64,000 nt of DNA from the NCBI GenBank assembly GCA_964566505.1, contig CAZMIM010000001.1, positions 65,140 through 129,139 of the forward strand. Direction: 5' to 3'. This stretch comes from an uncultured Candidatus Saccharibacteria bacterium (GTDB lineage Bacteria > Patescibacteriota > Minisyncoccia > Phycocordibacterales > PCTT01). The notes below the pieces were generated by a model, which did no database searches, was not told the DNA's origin, and saw only the letters and a program-made list of their open reading frames with translations. A program made the position numbers and the translations under genes. Of the stretch, positions 56,611 through 64,000 are shown one piece after another; the first letter of the stretch is position 1, and each line of letters opens with the position of its first letter.

Positions 56611-57474
56611 ATGGAGAGTATGATTTACACAATTCTCCCTTCTCAATTTCCGCCCCTCCTACAAGAAATAAACGACCCGCCAGAGAAACTTTTCATCCGT
56701 GGCGAATACCCTGATGTATCCACGCACCTCTTTCTTGCTGTTGTGGGTTCTAGAAAATACAGCGCATATGGAAAAGAAGTCGTAAAAACTCTTATACGAG
56801 GTCTCTCTGGATACCCGGTCGTGATAGTCTCAGGACTCGCGCTCGGTATAGATGCACTCGCACACACAAGTGCTTTAGAGTGTGGACTAAAAACCATAGC
56901 AATCCCCGGCTCAGGTTTGGGTGAGAAAGTGATATACCCACGCTCTCACACAAGACTTGCAGAGAAAATAGTCCAATCAGGTGGTTGTCTACTTTCTCCT
57001 TTTGAAGAAGACTTCAGAGCAACTCCGTGGAGCTTCCCAGCACGAAACAGAATCATGGCAGGACTCTCACACGCCGTCCTTGTAATAGAAGCAGAAATGA
57101 AAAGTGGAACACTCATAACCGCACGACTCGCAATGGAATACAACAGAGATGTCTCAGCTGTACCTGGTCCTATAACCAGCAGAACAAGTGCTGGCCCACA
57201 CCATCTAATACAAAATGGCGCCACACCTATTACTTGCGCAGAAGATATTATAGAAATGCTTGGACTTGAAATACGCACTGGAGATGAAAAAACACACTCA
57301 CACCTATCTGGCTTGGAAGAGAAAATCGTTTTATTACTAAAACAAGAAACACTCTCTCGTGATGAAGTTATAGAGAAGCTTGGTGTCGCAACACACGAAG
57401 CAACAGTTGCACTTTCTTCACTTGAAATTAAGGGGATTATAAAAGAACAGCTCGGAGTTATTACACTGTGTTAA
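56611..57474 (+). CDS. dprA: DNA-processing protein DprA
   Basis: VVGSR, VSGLALGID, FPARNRIMAG, SGTLITA. Confidence 0.95.
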   Translation: MESMIYTILPSQFPPLLQEINDPPEKLFIRGEYPDVSTHLFLAVVGSRKYSAYGKEVVKTLIRGLSGYPVVIVSGLALGIDALAHTSALECGLKTIAIPGSGLGEKVIYPRSHTRLAEKIVQSGGCLLSPFEEDFRATPWSFPARNRIMAGLSHAVLVIEAEMKSGTLITARLAMEYNRDVSAVPGPITSRTSAGPHHLIQNGATPITCAEDIIEMLGLEIRTGDEKTHSHLSGLEEKIVLLLKQETLSRDEVIEKLGVATHEATVALSSLEIKGIIKEQLGVITLC

Positions 57475-57526
57475 TTTGACAATAGTTTGGATTGTTATTA
57501 TCCTCACAAGCACAGTATATTTTTAT

Positions 57527-59719
57527 ATGAGCAAACTTTTAATCGTTGAGTCGCCAGCAAAGGCGAAGACAATTTCAAAATACCTAGATGATGAATACAC
57601 CGTAAAAGCGAGTGTAGGACACATTAGAGATCTCCCAAAGAGCAACAAAAACGCTATCGATATCGATGGTGGTTTTATTCCGCAATATGAAGTTTCTCCC
57701 GGAAAGGAGAAAGTTATAAAAGAGCTAAAGAAGCTGTCAAAAGACGCAGAAGAAATTGTACTCGCATCTGACCCCGACCGAGAAGGAGAAGCTATTGCGT
57801 GGCACTTGGTAGAGGCACTCAAACTAAAAGACGACCCACGCGTAAAGCGAATTACATTTAATGAGATTACAAAAGACGCGGTAAAAGAGGCAATGAACCA
57901 CCCTCGTTCTATTGATGACGACCTAAGACGCGCACAAGAAGCACGGAGAATACTTGATAGGCTCGTAGGATACGACCTTTCAGGACTTATTTGGAAAAAG
58001 GTTCGATACGGACTATCTGCAGGACGGGTGCAATCACCTGCACTTCGAATCATTATGGAAAGAGAGCGAGAGATTCGCGCATTTGTACCTGAAGATTATT
58101 TTGTACTAAAGGCAGAGCTTTCACACAAAAATGGAGAATTTCTAACAACATGTGTAGAAGAGCCAAATGATAAAGCTGTTGCAGAAAATATTGTCTCACT
58201 TGGAGAAAAGGGAGAATGGATTGTATCTGACATAAAAGAAACAAATGCTACAAGAAAGGCATATGCACCATTTAAAACTTCAACACTACAAGCTACTGCC
58301 AGCACACGACTAGGATACTCTCCATCACGAACAATGCGTGCAGCGCAAAGACTATATGAGGCTGGACTTATCACATACATGCGAACAGACAGCCCATCAC
58401 TCTCACCTACTGTACTAGGGCCTATCGCCTCTTTGATTGAAAAAGAATATGGAAAAGAGTATGTACAAACAACTGTATACAAAACAAAAAGCAAAGGTGC
58501 TCAAGAAGCACATGAAGCGATCCGACCAACAGATGTTACAAAAATAGATGCTGGTACAACAGACGAGCAAAAGCGTCTTTATAACCTCATTTGGACACGA
58601 ACAATTGCGAGCCAAATGGCACCTGCAAAAATATTGCGAACAAAATACATCACAAACATAAAAGACACCGATACTCCAGCCTTTACTGTAAATGGTTCAC
58701 GAACACTGTTTGATGGATGGCTAAAGGCAGACCCAGCGGCTCGAGGTGAGGATGTGGAGCTTCCAGAAGTTTCTGTAAATGACTCACTTACACTCAAGAA
58801 AATGGATATGGAGGAGAAGCAGACGCAACCGCCAAACCGATATACAGAAGCGGGACTTATTAAAGAGCTTGAAAAAAGAGGTATTGGTCGTCCGAGTACA
58901 TACGCAAGTATTATGAATACACTTGCGCAACGACATTATGTAGAAAAAGAAGGAAAAACACTTATTCCTACAGACACAGGTGATGTTGTGAGTACATTTA
59001 TTGAAGACAACTTCTCTCAATACATTAGCGACACATTTACTGCTGAGATGGAGCGAGAACTCGATGAGATTGCACAAGGAGAGCGAGACTACGCAAAGAC
59101 TCTTAAAGATTTCTACAGTGAGTTCCAAAAAGCAGTTGAATCAAAGGCAGACATTCCAAAAATTACAAACCTAGGAAAAGCAGACGACAAACACAAATGC
59201 CCTACATGTAATAGCGGTATGGTGATAAAACTTGGCAAAGGAGGAAAGTTCCTTTCATGCGATCGGTTCCCTGACTGTGAAGGTGCACGAACAATTGACG
59301 GAGAAGAGATTACACCTGATGAGCCAATCGGTGTAGACCCTGAAAGCGGAGAGGATGTGTATGTACTCAATGGACGATACGGTCCGTATGTGCAACTAGG
59401 TGAAAAGACCAAAGAAAATAAGAAGCCAAGACGAGCAAGTATTCCAAAAGATATAAACCCTGACGATGTTACTCTCGAGTTTGCACTAAAACTGCTATCA
59501 CTTCCCCGACTTCTTGGAACACACCCAGAAACAGGAAACGACATTATGGCAAACATTGGACGATTTGGTCCATACATCGCACACAACACATCTCCAAAGC
59601 CAGATTTTCGTTCTATTAAAGAAGACGACCCATACACCATTACATTTGAGCGAGCTCTTGAAATCCTAAAAGAAGAAAAGAAAACACGCCGAGGACGAGC
59701 CAAAACAAAGAAAGTGTAA
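57527..59719 (+). CDS. topA: Type IA DNA topoisomerase
   Basis: IVESPAKA, DPDREGE, SAGRVQS, ITYMRTDS, GIGRPSTY. Confidence 0.97.
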   Translation: MSKLLIVESPAKAKTISKYLDDEYTVKASVGHIRDLPKSNKNAIDIDGGFIPQYEVSPGKEKVIKELKKLSKDAEEIVLASDPDREGEAIAWHLVEALKLKDDPRVKRITFNEITKDAVKEAMNHPRSIDDDLRRAQEARRILDRLVGYDLSGLIWKKVRYGLSAGRVQSPALRIIMEREREIRAFVPEDYFVLKAELSHKNGEFLTTCVEEPNDKAVAENIVSLGEKGEWIVSDIKETNATRKAYAPFKTSTLQATASTRLGYSPSRTMRAAQRLYEAGLITYMRTDSPSLSPTVLGPIASLIEKEYGKEYVQTTVYKTKSKGAQEAHEAIRPTDVTKIDAGTTDEQKRLYNLIWTRTIASQMAPAKILRTKYITNIKDTDTPAFTVNGSRTLFDGWLKADPAARGEDVELPEVSVNDSLTLKKMDMEEKQTQPPNRYTEAGLIKELEKRGIGRPSTYASIMNTLAQRHYVEKEGKTLIPTDTGDVVSTFIEDNFSQYISDTFTAEMERELDEIAQGERDYAKTLKDFYSEFQKAVESKADIPKITNLGKADDKHKCPTCNSGMVIKLGKGGKFLSCDRFPDCEGARTIDGEEITPDEPIGVDPESGEDVYVLNGRYGPYVQLGEKTKENKKPRRASIPKDINPDDVTLEFALKLLSLPRLLGTHPETGNDIMANIGRFGPYIAHNTSPKPDFRSIKEDDPYTITFERALEILKEEKKTRRGRAKTKKV

Positions 59720-59732
59720 TACTATATCTACT

Positions 59733-61223
59733 ATGAAAGGGCTTGCGGAACTCACAAAAAAAATACAACCACTTTCAAAAAAAGATGAAAAGCGTTTGGC
59801 GCAGAGCTATAGCTTTGCAAAGCAAGCCCACAAAGGACAAACACGATATTCAGGAGAACCATATTTCAATCATGTATATGAGACGGCTTCACTTCTTGCA
59901 GACATGGGAATGTCTGTAGAGACAGTGATAGCTGGACTTTTGCACGACACAATAGAAGACGCAGAAGTAACAGATGAAAGTATCTCATCACTCTTTGGAG
60001 AGGAGGTGCTTTTTTTGGTTAAGGGTGTAACAAAGCTTGGAAAGATTCGCTATCACGGTGTAGAACGACACGTAGGAAGCCTTCGTAAACTATTTCTTGC
60101 TACATCTTCTGACCTTCGTGTTCTCATAATTAAACTTGCCGATAGGCTCCACAACATGCGCACACTCGAGCATGTTCCAGAAGAAAAACAAAGAAGAATC
60201 GCTCTTGAAACAATGGAGGTGTACGCACCTATTGCCCACCGACTCGGTATGGGAAAGCTTATGGGAGAGCTACAAGACCTTTCATTTCCATATGTATATC
60301 CAGAAGACTATGTGAAAGTAAAAGAGCTTGCTGAGCAAAAGAGAAAAGAAAAGACAGCAAAGCTCAAAGAGCTATATAAAGAACTTGAGAAATCGCTTAA
60401 AAAAGAGAAAGTGTCTGACATCACTATCGACTACCGACTCAAGCATATGTACAGCATTTATGAAAAGCTGAAAAGAAAAGACTGGGACATTAACAGGGTG
60501 TATGACATTTCTGCGCTTCGTATTATTGTTCCTACTGTTAGTGACTGCTACAAAGTACTTGGTGTGGTTCATGGAATATGGCGACCACTTCCTGGGCGCA
60601 TAAAAGACTATATTGCATTTCCAAAACCAAACGGATACCAAAGCATCCACACTACTATTTTTACAGGAGACGGAGACATTGCAGAGATACAAATACGAAC
60701 CGCAAAAATGCACCAAGAGGCAGAATACGGAGTGGCATCTCATGCAAACTATAAAAAAGATGGTGGTGGTTTGATGTCGCTAGAATGGTTTGGAACACTT
60801 CTAGGTCAAAAGCCAACTCAGCATGATGAAGAAGAAAAAGAGGCGCCAGAGTGGATTAAAGAACTTGCAAACACACAAGAATACACCGATGAGCCAGATG
60901 AGTTCCTAAACAATCTAAAGACAGACTTCTTTAGTGATAGGCTTTTTGTATTTACACCACTTGGAGATGTTATCGACCTTCCACAGGGTTCTACTCCAAT
61001 TGATTTTGCTTATCATGTTCACACACATATTGGAAACCATACTTTTGGTGCAAAAGTTAATGGGAAGTTTACCTCACTTGAGAGTGAACTTAAAAACGGT
61101 GACATTGTAGAGATTATCACCAAAGAAAAAAGCCACCCGACAACCAAGTGGCTCGACGCTGCAAAGACAACTCTTGCACGACGACATATTAAAAGTTATT
61201 TGCAGTCACAAAAATCTAAATAG
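59733..61223 (+). CDS. RelA/SpoT family (p)ppGpp synthetase/hydrolase (HD + synthetase + TGS)
   Basis: LLHDTIED, KLADRLHNM, KDYIA.PK.NGYQSIH, EIQIRT, TPIDFAY. Confidence 0.93.
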   Translation: MKGLAELTKKIQPLSKKDEKRLAQSYSFAKQAHKGQTRYSGEPYFNHVYETASLLADMGMSVETVIAGLLHDTIEDAEVTDESISSLFGEEVLFLVKGVTKLGKIRYHGVERHVGSLRKLFLATSSDLRVLIIKLADRLHNMRTLEHVPEEKQRRIALETMEVYAPIAHRLGMGKLMGELQDLSFPYVYPEDYVKVKELAEQKRKEKTAKLKELYKELEKSLKKEKVSDITIDYRLKHMYSIYEKLKRKDWDINRVYDISALRIIVPTVSDCYKVLGVVHGIWRPLPGRIKDYIAFPKPNGYQSIHTTIFTGDGDIAEIQIRTAKMHQEAEYGVASHANYKKDGGGLMSLEWFGTLLGQKPTQHDEEEKEAPEWIKELANTQEYTDEPDEFLNNLKTDFFSDRLFVFTPLGDVIDLPQGSTPIDFAYHVHTHIGNHTFGAKVNGKFTSLESELKNGDIVEIITKEKSHPTTKWLDAAKTTLARRHIKSYLQSQKSK

Positions 61224-62265
61224 AGAAATTGCTGATTGAGTATAGATCCTCTTCCCCGCTCTCTTCCTCTTTTTGCTCTTCTTTGGCTGGCAAATCACCG
61301 AGCGCATCAGATGCAGAGAGAACTGTTTTTTGCTCTGACACATAGTAGAGCTTTGGCTCATACATTCCTACTTTATCTGGTGTAGTGCCAGACTCTTCTA
61401 TAAATCTATCCATCATTGCTGATGTAGATTTTTTCTCGTCAGTACTTTTTACCAAATCCAAAATACTCTCAAGGTCTTGTGGTGAGAAGAAGTCGATAAC
61501 AATACGCCCACCAATATCTTTTTGTTCAATCTGTACTCGAGTACCAAGAGACTCTGCGAGCTTCTCCTCCATCTTTATTATAGTTGGATCAACTGTTCGC
61601 TCTTTCTTTCGCACCTTGTCATAGGCAATACGGCGCGCAATAGACTCTGCCTGGCGAACTGTTAGCTTTTTGTATACAAGCTCTTTAAAGAGTGTTTTTT
61701 GCTGTTCTGGACGGTCATCAAGCATGAGTAGTGGTCGTGCATGACCTTCTTTTATGCGTCCTTGGATAATGGCATCCAAAACATCTTCAGGCAAAATAAG
61801 AAGCCTGATAGAGTTTGAAACATACTCTCGTGAACGACCCACCTTTTCTCCGATTTGTGCATGTGTGAAGTTAAACTCTTCTGCAAGTTGTTTGAATGCT
61901 CGGGCGCGGTCTATTGGGTTTAGGTCTTCTCGTTGGAGGTTCTCGATAATAGCAAGCTCGAGCTTTTCACGAGCGCTTTGTTGTCCGCTTCTGATGATTA
62001 CCGGCACTTGAGAAAGGCCTGCGATTTGTGATGCTCGGTGTCGTCTCTCTCCTGCAATAAGCTCATATTCAACACTAATACCACCGTCTTCATTTACGAT
62101 TTCATTTCGTGTTACCACAAGAGGTTGAAGCACTCCATACTGACGAATGGAATCTGCCAAATCATTGAGTCGCGCCTCGTCAAACTCTTTTCGTGGCTGA
62201 TATGGGTTGGGAACTATCTTTGTTACTTCCACCCAAAAAATTGCATTTTCGTGAAAATTTGCCAT
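61216..62265 (-). CDS. parB: ParB/Spo0J partition protein
   Basis: NPYQPR, IAGERR.RA, IENLQREDL. Confidence 0.93.
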   Translation of the reverse strand: MANFHENAIFWVEVTKIVPNPYQPRKEFDEARLNDLADSIRQYGVLQPLVVTRNEIVNEDGGISVEYELIAGERRHRASQIAGLSQVPVIIRSGQQSAREKLELAIIENLQREDLNPIDRARAFKQLAEEFNFTHAQIGEKVGRSREYVSNSIRLLILPEDVLDAIIQGRIKEGHARPLLMLDDRPEQQKTLFKELVYKKLTVRQAESIARRIAYDKVRKKERTVDPTIIKMEEKLAESLGTRVQIEQKDIGGRIVIDFFSPQDLESILDLVKSTDEKKSTSAMMDRFIEESGTTPDKVGMYEPKLYYVSEQKTVLSASDALGDLPAKEEQKEEESGEEDLYSISNFSI

Positions 62266-64000
62266 ATACACCTATACTTATAGTGATATTGTAGCACAGA
62301 TGAAAATTGGGAGTGTATGTGCATATTGCACAAAAGTGCGAGTTGCAGTACGCTTCTTGTATGTGCATGCCGCGGTGGCGGAATTGGTAGACGCGCACGA
62401 CTCAAAATCGTGTTCCTTACGGAGTGAGAGTTCGATTCTCTCCCGCGGCACAAGGAAGGAATGATTAGAGCAAAATCAGTGTTCTGTATCGAGCAGTCCT
62501 CAACATCCTGAGGTTCGACCCTGGAGTTTTTCTTTCGGGCTCTGGCCAGCATCTCAGTGAATGCCTGGATGGGTTTCGTGTTGTAAACACGAAGTGATTG
62601 GCCATCCAGAACCAGGTTCGACCCCCAAGCGGTCAACGATCCCCGCTTATCGCGAGGCGTCCCCTTAGCGATCACCTTGGATAGGTCGTGGGCCAGGTTT
62701 GCTAATTCTGCAGCTTTGTCGTACCACACCCCTTTCTTTTGATTTGAGCGTAGCGAGCGCTCCCGTTGGTCTAGCTCGGCTGTCATTTCGTTGAACTCAG
62801 TGTCATCAATCATCGCTTTTGAACGCATGATGACGACCTCCTTGCGCTGGCTTTTTAGATCAGCGATGGCATTAAGACGACAGTTGTCAACAGATCGGCT
62901 AGCCTCGATTTCTTCATCTCGTAGGTGAGTAAGATGCTTGAGGATCCAGTCTCTTAGGGCGGTAGAAATCGCCAGGTTCTGCCTGATATAGTCCAAGAGG
63001 AATGCCTCGACCTTTCTTTCCTCTATTGCAGGCGCCCTCACCCCAATCATCTTCCTTGCTCGGCTGCTACGATAGTACACGTAGTGCCTGAATGTTGGGC
63101 TCTTCATGTGACTTATCGCCAGGCTACACTTAGGACAGTGCTCTCTAGTAGCGTATGAAAACTTGTGCCTGCAGCCCGAACACACAACGTGGTCTTTGAA
63201 GTCGGCTACCACCCCGCAATCATATTGAGCGCAGCGAATAAACCCTGTGTATACGGCTCTGGGCCTTGCGTTGTGTCTCCTTCGACCGAGTCTACCCAGC
63301 ATCTTCTGAATGCGCCAGTATTCATCCTCAGAGATCGCTCGTGGAAGTGCTTGATCCATTTCATATCTCTTTCCCTCATAAAAGAAGAAGCCTGCGTAGT
63401 ACGTGTTGGCAAGAAGCTTGTAGAAGTTGGTCAGCGTGACTGGTTTGCCTCCAGATCTTTTTCTTATCGGCGTCCTTAGACCCAGCTCATTGCATGCATG
63501 CTCCCACACCTCTCGAACCGAAAACCTTCCACAAAGAATCCGACGAAACACCTCCTCGATGATGGGGAATCGCTCTTCGTCGACTTGCCACCTTTTTGCT
63601 CCTTTTTCCCCGGATTTGTCATTCTTATAGCCAATAGGCGCTAGTCCGTGTGGGATGCCAAGTGACGCTTTTCGCCGTTGTCCCCGCCTTACGTTCGAGG
63701 AAAGGTCGCGAATAAATTGGTTGGCCATCCCAAATTCAACAGCAAGAACGATGACGTTGGTCTCTGGGGTATAGCGAGATGTTGGCGTTCTGATTTCCTG
63801 GAGTACTCCTCGTTGAAGAAGGTCCATTATCCGACCGCCATCAATTGGGTTTCTGGCAAGCCGGTCTAGCTTCCAGCATATAATGGCGTTTGCATCCCCT
63901 CGTTCGACTCGTTCGAGCATTGCATTGAATGCCGGACGACCAACAGCTTTCGCAGATCGCTCCTCAGTGAATGGGGCGCCTGCGACAAAGAGTCCCCGCG
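62223..64000 (-). CDS. Large serine recombinase, 5' end outside the window
   Basis: ERSAK..GRP.FN.ML, WKLDRLARN, APIGY, zinc ribbon and coiled coil; frame open to the window edge. Confidence 0.9.
   Translation of the reverse strand, partial: RGLFVAGAPFTEERSAKAVGRPAFNAMLERVERGDANAIICWKLDRLARNPIDGGRIMDLLQRGVLQEIRTPTSRYTPETNVIVLAVEFGMANQFIRDLSSNVRRGQRRKASLGIPHGLAPIGYKNDKSGEKGAKRWQVDEERFPIIEEVFRRILCGRFSVREVWEHACNELGLRTPIRKRSGGKPVTLTNFYKLLANTYYAGFFFYEGKRYEMDQALPRAISEDEYWRIQKMLGRLGRRRHNARPRAVYTGFIRCAQYDCGVVADFKDHVVCSGCRHKFSYATREHCPKCSLAISHMKSPTFRHYVYYRSSRARKMIGVRAPAIEERKVEAFLLDYIRQNLAISTALRDWILKHLTHLRDEEIEASRSVDNCRLNAIADLKSQRKEVVIMRSKAMIDDTEFNEMTAELDQRERSLRSNQKKGVWYDKAAELANLAHDLSKVIAKGTPRDKRGSLTAWGSNLVLDGQSLRVYNTKPIQAFTEMLARARKKNSRVEPQDVEDCSIQNTDFALIIPSLCRGRESNSHSVRNTILSRARLPIPPPRHAHTRSVLQLALLCNMHIHSQFSSVLQYHYKYRCIWQIFTKMQFFGWK
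62369..62450 (+). tRNA. tRNA-Leu(CAA)
   Basis: Acceptor GCCGCGG/CCGCGGC; anticodon arm CACGA-CTCAAAA-TCGTG; long variable arm. Confidence 0.95.
62451..64000. mobile_element. Left end of an element integrated at tRNA-Leu
   Basis: Recombinase gene points toward the tRNA 3' end; visible shift to higher GC after 62450. Confidence 0.7.

Noticed and set aside
1-64000. Alternative genetic code (UGA=Gly, as in Gracilibacteria)
   Set aside because: Core genes are full length under code 11 and several ORFs end in TGA at sensible boundaries

Overview
This 64-kb window looks like chromosomal DNA of a reduced-genome Patescibacteria/CPR bacterium, probably Parcubacteria. That call is inferred from the gene repertoire: a short SMC, a NusB-NUDIX fusion, truncated UvrC and DnaX, and almost no biosynthetic genes. 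The backbone is housekeeping: pepF, udg, pcm, mnmA, trmD, khpA, rpsP, rnr, smc, rnc, nusB, rpmF, rnhB, dnaE, thrS, ddl, uvrCAB, tgt, dnaX, dus, serS, dprA, topA, a RelA/SpoT gene, parB and three tRNAs (Ala-UGC, Gln-CUG, Leu-CAA). Many single-gene accessory cassettes and several families of palindromic repeats are interspersed. Most notable: (1) a 158-bp tandem duplication at 38.87-39.14 kb encoding two homologous ~70-nt small RNAs, each with its own sigma70 promoter and terminator; (2) an adjacent five-gene operon (coiled-coil protein, PspA-like membrane protein, substrate-binding/OmpA fusion, ABC permease, ABC ATPase); (3) diderm-type envelope genes (TonB, a beta-barrel-like protein) in a lineage thought to lack an outer membrane; (4) a GIY-YIG gene exactly bracketed by inverted repeats, and a MITE with a target-site duplication; (5) two coupled Arg/Lys-rich micro-proteins next to smc; (6) loss of structural Fe-S/Zn cysteines in four core enzymes; (7) a serine recombinase whose reading frame runs antisense through tRNA-Leu. 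All calls come from reading sequence and motifs by eye; no database searches were run.
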